Below are positions 17,371 through 25,485 of a stretch of 28,097 bases of DNA, piece by piece. How positions within the stretch are numbered: position 1 is the first letter of the stretch; each line of letters begins with the position of its first letter. The notes under the pieces are model-generated. The model saw nothing but the letters and a program-made list of their open reading frames with translations, was not told where the DNA came from and made no database searches. The stretch is from NCBI GenBank assembly GCA_038231275.1, contig JBBRLQ010000055.1, forward strand, positions 1-28,097. The letters are read 5' to 3'. The DNA comes from Polyangiales bacterium (GTDB lineage Bacteria > Myxococcota_A > Polyangia > Polyangiales > Polyangiaceae). The position numbers were made by a program, and so were the translations under genes.

Positions 17371-18648
17371 TCAGGCGTCCTTCGGCTTCAAGACTTCGTC
17401 GCCGTTCATGTACGGCACGAGCGCCTTCGGGAGCGTGATCGATCCGTCCTCGTTCTGATGGTTCTCGAGGAGCGGGATCAAGATGCGGGGGCTCGCGATC
17501 GCGGTGTTGTTGAGGGTGAACGGCCACGCGAGCGAACCGTCCGGCATGCGCAGGCGGATGTTGCTGCGGCGCGCCTGGAAATCGCCGAGCGTCGAGCACG
17601 AGTGCGTCTCGCTGTACGCGTCGCGCCCCGGCATCCACGACTCGACCTCGTGCTTGCGCGTTTGGCCGAGGCCGATCTCGCCGGTGCACGCGATGGCGAC
17701 GCGGTACGGGATCTCGAGCTTCGCGAGGATCTCCTCGGCGTTGCCGAGGAGCGTGTAGTGCTCCTTCTCGGCGACCTCTTCGTCGGGCAAGCAGAAGACG
17801 ACCTGCTCGATTTTGGTGAACTGGTGCACGCGGTAGAGGCCGCGCGTGTCTTTGCCGTGGGCGCCGGCCTCGCGACGGAAGCACGGGCTCATGCCGGCGT
17901 AGCGGACGGGGAGGTGCGCGGCGTCGAGCGTCTCGTCGGCGTGGAGCGAGACGAGCGGGACCTCGCTCGTGCCGACGAGGTAGAGCTCGTCGGCGGTGAT
18001 CGCGTACGCCTCCTCGCGGCCGAGCGGGAAGAAGCCGGTGCCCGTCATCGCCTTCTCTTTCACGATGACCGGCGGGATGACGAGCGTGAGGCCGCGCGAC
18101 ACGAGGATGTCGATCGCGAGGCGCGTCACGGCGACCTCGAGGAGCGCGCCGGTGCCGGTGAGCGCGTACGAGCGGCCGCCGGCGAACTTGCGCGGCCCGT
18201 CCCAATTGACCATTCCGTGCATCGTCATCAGGTCGACGTGGTCCTTCGCCTTGAACGAGAACTCGCGCTTCGTGCCGACCTTGCGGATCTCGACGTTGTC
18301 CTCTTCGCCTTTGCCGATCGGCACCTCGGGGCGCGGGATGCTCGGGACGCGGAGCATCAGATCGTCGAACTTGAGCGTCGCCTCTTTGAGCTCGGGCTCC
18401 AGGCGCTCGATGTCCCCCTTGACCTGCTTGCCCTCTTCGATGAGCGCCGGCCGCTCCTCTTTCGTCGCCTTGGGGATGAGCGCGGCGATCTGATTTTTGC
18501 GCGCGCGCTTCACGTCGAGGGCCTGGATGGCCTCGCGGCGGATCTTGTCGGCGCCGAGGAGCTCGTCGAGATCGAGCGAGAGGCGCTTGTTGACGATGGC
18601 CTGGCGGACCGTGTCCGCGTTCTGGCGAATGAAGGCGATTTCGAGCAT
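17371..18648 (-). CDS. serS: Serine--tRNA ligase
   Basis: N-terminal coiled coil, LYLVGTSEV, motif 2 CFRREAG...TRGLYRVHQFTKIE, ETHSCS...DFQARR, motif 3 TLNNTAIASPR. Confidence 0.97.
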   Translation of the reverse strand: MLEIAFIRQNADTVRQAIVNKRLSLDLDELLGADKIRREAIQALDVKRARKNQIAALIPKATKEERPALIEEGKQVKGDIERLEPELKEATLKFDDLMLRVPSIPRPEVPIGKGEEDNVEIRKVGTKREFSFKAKDHVDLMTMHGMVNWDGPRKFAGGRSYALTGTGALLEVAVTRLAIDILVSRGLTLVIPPVIVKEKAMTGTGFFPLGREEAYAITADELYLVGTSEVPLVSLHADETLDAAHLPVRYAGMSPCFRREAGAHGKDTRGLYRVHQFTKIEQVVFCLPDEEVAEKEHYTLLGNAEEILAKLEIPYRVAIACTGEIGLGQTRKHEVESWMPGRDAYSETHSCSTLGDFQARRSNIRLRMPDGSLAWPFTLNNTAIASPRILIPLLENHQNEDGSITLPKALVPYMNGDEVLKPKDA

Positions 18649-18760
18649 GACGGCCCCACCGTGCCCAATCGGGCGCGCTTTTTCAAGACGAGGCGCGTCT
18701 TTTCAAGCGGTTACCGGCGTGTTTGGACGCCGCATCGCATGTGCGCTACTCCAAAGAGCG

Positions 18761-19000
18761 ATGGCGGACGGAAAGCGCTGCGGGGTCCATACGGAGCTTT
18801 CCACGAGTCCTGCCGCGAAGATCACCCGCTGCGGGTGCGGCACCGTGCACGTGCACATCGTGCGGTCCGGCCTGACCTTCCAGCTCTCCTCCGAGCAGTT
18901 CGCGGAGGTGTCGGCGACCGTGGCAGGGGCCCACGACGCGCTGAAGTCGTTCCACGCCGGCGGAAGGCCGCCGTCCGACGAGAATCCCACGATCAACTGA
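18761..19000 (+). CDS. Small hypothetical protein (79 aa) with a Cys/His motif
   Basis: MADGKRCG...ITRCGCGTVHVH...LTFQLSSEQFAEV. It fills the gap between serS and the protease gene and has high GC3. Confidence 0.65.
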   Translation: MADGKRCGVHTELSTSPAAKITRCGCGTVHVHIVRSGLTFQLSSEQFAEVSATVAGAHDALKSFHAGGRPPSDENPTIN

Positions 19001-19060
19001 TCACCTGACGTCCTAATCTGCCCCATGGCCGGATGGCCTTTTCTTTCGGAGCCCCCGCCG

Positions 19061-20317
19061 ATGCGTCGTCCCTCCTTCGCCGTCCGTCTCGCCGCCGTCG
19101 CCGCCCCCTTCGCCCTCGCGGCGACCGCGTGCTCTTCTTCGCCGACTTCGCCGACCGACCTCGAAGAGAGCGGGCAAGGCTCGAGCGCGATCATCAAGGG
19201 GACGCCGTCGGACGCGACGCAGGACGCGGTGGTCCTCCTCGTCTATCCGGTCGGCGGCTCGGCGTTCGAGTGCACCGGCTCGCTCCTCGCGCCGAACCTC
19301 GTCTTGACCGCGCGCCACTGCGTGAGCGCCACAGCCGATCAGCCGTTCGAGTGTTCGCAGGCCGGCGTAGGGACCGCCGGCGCCGCGACGATGAGCGATT
19401 TCACGCCGTCCAACTTCTACGTCGTCACCGGCATCAAGCGCCCGGGCGATCCGACGGCGAAGGGCGTCGCGGCGGCGAACGGCGCGAAGATCATCCACGA
19501 CGGCGCGAAGAACCTCTGCGATCACGACATCGCGTTCCTCGTCCTCGATCGTGCGATCCCGAACGCGAAGATCCTCCCGGTGCGCGTGGACTCACCGGCG
19601 AAGGCGGGCGAAAAATTCACCGCGATCGGCTGGGGCGTGACGACGACGACGCCGGAGCCATCCGTCCGCCAGCAGCGCACGGGCGTGGCCATCAAGAACA
19701 TCGGCCCGACCACGGACTCCACCACTGGCCTACCGGTGCCGGATCGCGAGTTCATCATCGGCGAGGCCATCTGCCAAGGCGACAGCGGCGGCCCCGCGCT
19801 GAGCGAGTCGACCGGCGCGATCCTCGGCGTCGTCTCGCGCGGCGGCAACGGCGTCGCGCCCACGCAAGCCGATCCGTCCGCCGGCTGCACGAACGCGGTG
19901 AACATCTACTCGATGGCGTCCGGGTACAAAGACCTTTTCGTCCAGGCCTACGCCGCCGCGGGTCAGGATCCGTGGTGGGAGGGCGGCGTCGATCCGCGCC
20001 TCGCGAAGTTCGGCGAGACGTGCAGCGGCAACGACGGGTGCCGCTCGGGGCTATGCCTGACGGACGACAAAGGTGCGTCGACCACCTGCACGCAGGCGTG
20101 CGACAAGGCGAACGCGTGCCCCGGCGGCTACGTGTGCAACGCGGACCAAACCGGCGCCGGCAACTGCGGCGTCGCGCCTCCACCCGTGGCGACGACGACA
20201 ACGACCAAGTCGTGTGGCTGCGGGATCGGCAACGTCGCCACGTCCGCCGCGGCCGCGTGGTGCTTTGGCGCCGGCGCGCTCGTGATGGGCGCGCGCCGGC
20301 GTCGGAAGCGTCTCTGA
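19061..20317 (+). CDS. Trypsin-like (S1) serine protease, lipoprotein with Cys-rich region and MYXO-CTERM-like tail
   Basis: Lipobox ATA-C; IIKG mature N-terminus; triad LTARHC / HDIAFL / GDSGGP. C-terminus is SCGC, a hydrophobic stretch, then RRRRKR. Alternative start at 19025. Confidence 0.92.
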   Translation: MRRPSFAVRLAAVAAPFALAATACSSSPTSPTDLEESGQGSSAIIKGTPSDATQDAVVLLVYPVGGSAFECTGSLLAPNLVLTARHCVSATADQPFECSQAGVGTAGAATMSDFTPSNFYVVTGIKRPGDPTAKGVAAANGAKIIHDGAKNLCDHDIAFLVLDRAIPNAKILPVRVDSPAKAGEKFTAIGWGVTTTTPEPSVRQQRTGVAIKNIGPTTDSTTGLPVPDREFIIGEAICQGDSGGPALSESTGAILGVVSRGGNGVAPTQADPSAGCTNAVNIYSMASGYKDLFVQAYAAAGQDPWWEGGVDPRLAKFGETCSGNDGCRSGLCLTDDKGASTTCTQACDKANACPGGYVCNADQTGAGNCGVAPPPVATTTTTKSCGCGIGNVATSAAAAWCFGAGALVMGARRRRKRL

Positions 20318-20333
20318 TCGTCGCCGCGTCTCG

Positions 20334-20366
20334 AGGCCTGACCGGAAAAGCCGGTCAGGCCTTTCC
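20334..20366 (+). terminator. 12-bp perfect hairpin between convergent genes, probable terminator
   Basis: aggcctgaccgg-aaaag-ccggtcaggcct followed by ttcc. Confidence 0.6.
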
Positions 20367-20404
20367 CGTCAGGAGTCGTTTCGCTCGGCTGCGCTTCGCT
20401 CCAC

Positions 20405-21220
20405 TCAGCGAAGCGTGCTGCCGAGGAGCACGCCGTTGGCCCAATAGCAGCCGGTGTCGCCCGCGGGCAGGAGATCGTACGTGTCGCCGCCGGTGTAGGG
20501 CGTGCGCTCCGACGTCGAGACGAGCGCGCGATCGAAGCTCTGGCCCTTTGCGAGATCGGCGACGGTCGCCGCGCCAGGCTTGGCGGCGGCGCACGTCGGG
20601 TGACGCGGCGATGCGGAGACCGAGCGCCCATCGCTCATCACGACGTGCACCATCGTATGCGACGGCGGCGCGGGAACGTGTCCGACCGTGGTGACCGGCG
20701 CCGCGACGCGATCGCCGTTGGCGTCGAGCGTCCAGACGGAGGTGCCGGGGACGAGATCGCGAACCTTCACCTCGCCGTTCGGCGTCGCGATGCGTGTATC
20801 CGACGCGAGGCAGATCGGCTCGGGCGACCCATTTTTCCAGCATCGCCCGTTGAGCGGCATCCCCATCGCGCAGTGCTGCCCCGCGGGGCAGTCGGCGTCG
20901 GCGGAGCATTTTCCGGAAGCGGTTCCGCCGGCGCCGGGCTTGGGGGTCCCGGCGTCAGGCTTCGACGGAGGCGCGGTGGGGCCGGTCGCGGTGCCAGTGG
21001 GGAACGGCGGCGAGGACGTCCCGGTCGCGGTGGCCGTCGGGGTCGGCGTCGGCGTCGGCATCGGAGTCGGAGTCGGAGTCGGCGTCGGAGTCGGAGTCGG
21101 CGTCGGAGTCGGCGTTCCCGTAGGAGCGGTCGGCGGTGTGGTTCCCTCCTCGATCTTGCAGCTCGAGGCGAGAAGGAGAACTGCGGCGGCGGGGGCGAGG
21201 GTTCGGAGGAGCTTGCTCAT
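20405..21220 (-). CDS. Lipoprotein with Pro/Thr stalk, Cys-rich module and C-terminal Hint (Hedgehog/intein-like) domain
   Basis: Lipobox LASS-C, (PT)n, then KCSADADCPAGQHC...GRC. Hint block A: CLASDTRIATPNGEVKVRDLVPGTSVWTLD. Block B: SASPRHP. C-terminal blocks: TYDL...YWANGVLLGST. Confidence 0.85.
   Translation of the reverse strand: MSKLLRTLAPAAAVLLLASSCKIEEGTTPPTAPTGTPTPTPTPTPTPTPTPTPMPTPTPTPTATATGTSSPPFPTGTATGPTAPPSKPDAGTPKPGAGGTASGKCSADADCPAGQHCAMGMPLNGRCWKNGSPEPICLASDTRIATPNGEVKVRDLVPGTSVWTLDANGDRVAAPVTTVGHVPAPPSHTMVHVVMSDGRSVSASPRHPTCAAAKPGAATVADLAKGQSFDRALVSTSERTPYTGGDTYDLLPAGDTGCYWANGVLLGSTLR
21036..21115 (-). repeat. Coding hexamer repeat (GTCGGN on +) encoding the Pro-Thr stalk
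   Basis: About 13 gtcggc/gtcgga units. Confidence 0.9.
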
Positions 21221-21303
21221 CGGTACCCATGGTGGCACGAACGCCCCGACCGTAGGGGTGGTTTCACCTTGTGATCGCGCCCGAGCCGCGCCAAGTTGCA
21301 TCC

Positions 21304-22431
21304 GTGCGCAAGCCGACCGCCTACTGGGACTACATCAAGGTCGAGGAGCTGCTCGCCCTCCAAGGTGGCCTCGAGCCGAACGACGAGGGGCTCGCGAACG
21401 ACGAGGTCCTCTTCATCACGATCCACCAGATCGACGAGCTCTGGTTCAAGCTCGTCCTGCGCGAGCTCGTGAGCGTACGAAACCTCTTCGCGAGCGCGCA
21501 AGTCCCCGAGCAGGCGCTGGCGTCGGCGGTCCGCGGCATCCAGAGGATGGCGCTCCTCTTCCACCACGTCGCGGCGCACTTCGGCGTGATGGAGACGATG
21601 ACGACGCGCGACTACCTCGCGTTCCGCGACAAGCTGAACCCCGCCAGCGGCTTCCAGTCGGCGCAGCTCCGCGAGATCGAGCTCCTGCTGGGCCTGTCCG
21701 ACGCCGAGCGCATCCCGCTCGGGCACGAGCACAGTTACAAGCAGGCGCTCCGCAACCACGACGGCACGTCCTCGTCCGCGAGCACTCGTGTCGAGGCGCG
21801 CGTCGCCGACACGCCGACCCTGAAGGACGCGATCGCGGAGTGGCTGTACCGAACGCCAATCCAGGGATCAGTGCCCGGGCAAACCGGCGACGCGGCGAAG
21901 GTCGGCGCGTTCATCGACGCGTACTGCGCGGCGCACGCGCAGAGCGCGCGAGAGGCGCTCGACCTCGGCAAGCCCGTCGCGCTGACTCCGGCCGACGCGA
22001 AGCGCCTCGAAGATCGCTACGCGCGAGAGATCGAAGGCGCGCGCGCGTTCCTCCACGCGGAGGAGGTCCCCGAACCCGAGCGCGCGAAGGTGTCCCGTGT
22101 CCGCGCGGCGCTCGTCTTCATCGAGAGCTACCGCGAGCTCCCGCTCCTGTCGTGGCCGCGCGCGATCATCGACGCGATCGTGAGCTTCGAGCAGTCGTTC
22201 GTCATCTTCCGCCAGCGCCATGCGCGCATGGTCGAGCGCGTCATCGGACGGCGCACCGGCACCGGCGGCTCGGCGGGCGTCGAGTACCTCGACCAGACGG
22301 CGCTCCGCTACCGCATCTTCCGCGACGTGTGGGCGGTGCGGACGATCCTCGTGCGCGAGGCGGTCCTCCCCAAGCTCGAAAACGCGGAATTTTACGGCTT
22401 CGTGACGAGCGGCTCGCGACCGCCCATCTAG
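21304..22431 (+). CDS. kynA: Tryptophan 2,3-dioxygenase (long form)
   Basis: YWDYIKVEELLALQ, DEVLFITIHQIDELWFK, ETMT..DYLAFRDKLNPASGFQSAQLREIE, RHARMVERVIGRRTGTGGSAGVEYL. Probable start is GTG 21304; alternative 21271. Confidence 0.93.
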   Translation: MRKPTAYWDYIKVEELLALQGGLEPNDEGLANDEVLFITIHQIDELWFKLVLRELVSVRNLFASAQVPEQALASAVRGIQRMALLFHHVAAHFGVMETMTTRDYLAFRDKLNPASGFQSAQLREIELLLGLSDAERIPLGHEHSYKQALRNHDGTSSSASTRVEARVADTPTLKDAIAEWLYRTPIQGSVPGQTGDAAKVGAFIDAYCAAHAQSAREALDLGKPVALTPADAKRLEDRYAREIEGARAFLHAEEVPEPERAKVSRVRAALVFIESYRELPLLSWPRAIIDAIVSFEQSFVIFRQRHARMVERVIGRRTGTGGSAGVEYLDQTALRYRIFRDVWAVRTILVREAVLPKLENAEFYGFVTSGSRPPI

Positions 22432-22449
22432 ACCCGCTCACGAGAAGGG

Positions 22450-23298
22450 TCACCGGAAGACCACGACGACCTCGCTCGGGGGCGACACGTTGCCCGCCCA
22501 ATCGACGGCGCGAACACCAAACCGCGCGCGCGGTCGGCCCTTGGGCGGCGTGAACGTGCTCTCCACCTCCGACCCGCCGAGCTCGACGACGAAGCCGCGC
22601 GACGATTTCTGGCCGCGCTCGTAGACGATCGGCGGCGACGCGTAGTCGATGGGTCCGTGACCGTCGTCCATCCAGATGGCAAAGCGGAGCGATGCGAAGG
22701 GGGTCGCTTCGTCGCTGGGATCGGCACCGTAGAAGCGGACGCTGGGCGTCGTGCACTCGGCGTAGAGCGTGATGACACCGCGAGGGCCGCTCGGCAGGGT
22801 GATGCCCGAGTACGACGCGCGCGTCACGCCGGTCCATACGGGCGGCGTGTCGTCGCGTGCGTCGCCGGTCACGAAGGTGCCGAGAGTGCGCGGAGGGTTC
22901 GCGCCACCGCGATCGACGTGGACGACCTCGTACCGTGTCCGCGGCTCGAGCGGCTGCGCGGGCACGAGCTCGGCGGTCGCGACCTCGTGGGCGAGCGAGT
23001 CGCGCCTCGTCGCCGGCACCTCGCCGTTCGAGACGCCGGGACCGGGCGCGCGAACGAGCGCGAGGTCGAATTTTCCCGGCGCGCAGCGCTCCGCGCCGTT
23101 CTCGTCGGGCGGACAGAACGCGTTCTTTCGCCACCCGTCGGGCAAACGCACGCGGACGTGCGTGTTGAGCGGCGCCGGAGTTCCGGGCTCGGGGGACACA
23201 TACGCGGCCGGCGGGCGTCCACAGATCGCGCGCGCGTGCGTCGCGAGGAGGCTCGGCACGGCGACGAGCGCAGCGGCGAGCGCGACGCGTCCACGCAT
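22450..23298 (-). CDS. Secreted hypothetical protein, probable Ig/FN3-like beta domains
   Basis: Signal peptide ends ARA. ELVPAQPLEPRTRYEV is Big_5-like. Also DDTPPVWTG and VRAVDWAGNVS. Confidence 0.75.
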   Translation of the reverse strand: MRGRVALAAALVAVPSLLATHARAICGRPPAAYVSPEPGTPAPLNTHVRVRLPDGWRKNAFCPPDENGAERCAPGKFDLALVRAPGPGVSNGEVPATRRDSLAHEVATAELVPAQPLEPRTRYEVVHVDRGGANPPRTLGTFVTGDARDDTPPVWTGVTRASYSGITLPSGPRGVITLYAECTTPSVRFYGADPSDEATPFASLRFAIWMDDGHGPIDYASPPIVYERGQKSSRGFVVELGGSEVESTFTPPKGRPRARFGVRAVDWAGNVSPPSEVVVVFR

Positions 23299-23325
23299 CC
23301 CTCGATCCTACGCTATCTTCGTCGC

Positions 23326-23793
23326 ATGACGAGGCTCGCCGCCGCCGCGATCCTCGCCGCGCTCGTCGTCACTCCGGCCTCGTGTGCGCGCGAGGGCGCC
23401 CCGTCGCCCGCGCAGATCCGCGTGCCCGCAAAGGCGCCACGCGACGCCGGTCCCTCTCCCCCGCCCACGCCCCCTCCCAGCGTCGACGTCCGCGTGAGCT
23501 TTTTCGGCGACGAAGGCGCCTTCCTCGGCCCCTTCTACGATCCGGTCCCCGACGCCGCGGCGCTCGTTCGCCCTTGTTTTCAGCGCGCACGCGAGGTCGA
23601 CGCCTCCGTCGCGGGGTGGCTCCTCTTCGAGGTCACGCTGGTGCGCGAGTCGCCCGCGCGCATCACGCTACGCGACGCGTCGCCGCTCCCTGAAGGTCTC
23701 GTCTCGTGCGCCACCGCGGCGCTCGCGGCGCTTCGATCGCGCGATCCGCTCTTCTTGCCACCGCCAAGGGCGGCGTACGTCAGCCTGCGGTAG
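23326..23793 (+). CDS. Small exported/lipoprotein with AgmX/PglI C-terminal-like (TonB-C-like) domain
   Basis: Signal MTRLAAAAILAALVVTPAS-C, Pro-rich linker, then VRPCFQRAREVDASVAGWLLFEV...LVSCATAALAAL...PP. Confidence 0.6.
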   Translation: MTRLAAAAILAALVVTPASCAREGAPSPAQIRVPAKAPRDAGPSPPPTPPPSVDVRVSFFGDEGAFLGPFYDPVPDAAALVRPCFQRAREVDASVAGWLLFEVTLVRESPARITLRDASPLPEGLVSCATAALAALRSRDPLFLPPPRAAYVSLR

Positions 23794-23796
23794 CCG

Positions 23797-24594
23797 TCAC
23801 GGCTGCGCGGCGTTGACGATCGCCATCGCGTCGAGATCGAACCCGTCGGTGTTGGGGTGCGGAGGATTGACGGGGCACGTCTGCGTCGACGTGTCGCGGA
23901 CGCGCACGAAGCGGGCGCGCGCGAGGCCGACGTCGGCGAGATCGAACGGATCGCCGCCAGCGACAATCGGATCGAGCGGACTGATCCCGTTGCCCGGATT
24001 CGAATAGACCGGATGCCACCCCGCGCACGCGCCGTACGGAGGTGCCGTGGCGGTGCATGGGAACGTCGCCCACGTGACGCCGTCGTCGCTCACGCTCACT
24101 TCGGCGAGATCCGCGAAGACGGGGTTGGTGGGGTTGCCGCCGGGATAAAACGCGTTCTCGAAGACGAGCAAATCCACGCCCGGCCCGTCGACGATCGCGT
24201 TCGGCGCAAACGAGACGACGATCTCGCCGCCGACGCCGAGCGACACGACGTCGAGGCCCCCCTCGGTGTCGCCCGCTCCGACCGGCGGCCCGAAGATCAC
24301 GTCGGGCATCTTGCCGGCGCCGAACCCCGCGCATGGGCCGGGGGCGAACGAGACCTTCGACGTGATGAAGCGATTTGCGGAGAGGACGGCCCCGTCGGCC
24401 GTCGCGTAGCCGCCGTCGACGAGCGGCGGATGCTGCGCTTGGCCCGCGTCCACGTCGCCGGGCGGTACCGCGCCGAGATCGACGAGCCCCGCGTCCGTCG
24501 GCGCGGCGCCCGGCGAGGTCGACCCGCACGCCCCGGCGCACAGCGCGAACGCCACGCACGCGATCCGTGCAGATTGCACGCAAACGAGCCTCAT
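23797..24594 (-). CDS. Cell-surface lipoprotein (LIC13355-like family)
   Basis: Lipobox AGA-C-GS. Motifs VSFAPGPCAGFG, GPPVGAG...DVVSLGVGGEIVV, IVDGPGVDLLVFENAF, AEVSVSDDG, GGDPFDLAD, GFDLDA. Confidence 0.75.
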   Translation of the reverse strand: MRLVCVQSARIACVAFALCAGACGSTSPGAAPTDAGLVDLGAVPPGDVDAGQAQHPPLVDGGYATADGAVLSANRFITSKVSFAPGPCAGFGAGKMPDVIFGPPVGAGDTEGGLDVVSLGVGGEIVVSFAPNAIVDGPGVDLLVFENAFYPGGNPTNPVFADLAEVSVSDDGVTWATFPCTATAPPYGACAGWHPVYSNPGNGISPLDPIVAGGDPFDLADVGLARARFVRVRDTSTQTCPVNPPHPNTDGFDLDAMAIVNAAQP

Positions 24595-24672
24595 TTCTCA
24601 CGGGACTTACACGCCCGATCGGGCGCGCGCAAGCGCTGGACGCCGAGGCGAGGCCGGCGCAGTCTTTCCGCG

Positions 24673-25485
24673 ATGCCGACCACGCTCTTCGTCGAGACCC
24701 ACGCGCACGTCGCCCATGTCCTCTTGCGCACCGGCGCGAAGGGCAACCCGCTCGGCCCGGACTTCTGGCGCGAGCTGCCGGAGACGTTCGACGCGCTGTC
24801 GATCGACCCGAGCGTGCGCGCGATCGTCCTCTCGGGCGATGGACCGCACTTCACGTACGGCCTCGACCTCCCGAAGATGATGGGCGACCTCGGGCCGATG
24901 CTCCAAGGCGGCCTCGCCGACACGCGCGCGCAACTTCAGCAGACGATCTTCCGGCTTCAGCGCTCCGTCACGTCAATCGCGACGTGCCGCAAGCCCGTCA
25001 TCGCCGCCGTCCACGGCCTCTGCCTCGGCGGCGGGATCGACGTCCTCACCGCGTGCGACGTCCGTGTAGCGAGCCGCGACGCGAAGCTCGGCGTGCGCGA
25101 GGTGAAGGTCGCGATGGTGGCCGATCTCGGCACGCTCCAGCGCCTCTCGCGCATCGTGGGCGAAGGACACGCCCGCGAGCTCGCGCTCACCGGCAAGGAC
25201 ATCGACGCCGAGCGCGCGCTCCGGATCGGCCTCGTGAACGACGTCTTCGACACCAAGGACGCCGCCGTCGCCGCCGCGCGCGCGATGGCCGCCGAGATCG
25301 CCGAAAATCCGCCGATCGTCGTCGAGGGGATCAAGGACGTCATGAACGAGCGCGTCCGTGCGGACGACGACGCGGGCCTACGCTACGTCGCGCTCCACAA
25401 CAGCGCCTTCTTGCCGTCGGTCGATCTCGGTGAGGCGTTCGGCGCCTTCGCGCAGAAGCGAAAGCCTACGTTCGTCGGGAAATAG
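24673..25485 (+). CDS. Crotonase/enoyl-CoA hydratase family, delta3,5-delta2,4-dienoyl-CoA isomerase (ECH1)-like
   Basis: FTYGLDL, KPVIAAVHGLCLGGGIDV, REVKVAMVADLGTLQRL, ELALTG...AERALRIGLVN. Start MPTTL at 24673. Confidence 0.9.
   Translation: MPTTLFVETHAHVAHVLLRTGAKGNPLGPDFWRELPETFDALSIDPSVRAIVLSGDGPHFTYGLDLPKMMGDLGPMLQGGLADTRAQLQQTIFRLQRSVTSIATCRKPVIAAVHGLCLGGGIDVLTACDVRVASRDAKLGVREVKVAMVADLGTLQRLSRIVGEGHARELALTGKDIDAERALRIGLVNDVFDTKDAAVAAARAMAAEIAENPPIVVEGIKDVMNERVRADDDAGLRYVALHNSAFLPSVDLGEAFGAFAQKRKPTFVGK

Noticed and set aside
20405..20812. Canonical intein or polymorphic toxin
   Set aside because: No terminal His-Asn, no C-extein or toxin domain, no homing endonuclease and no immunity gene.
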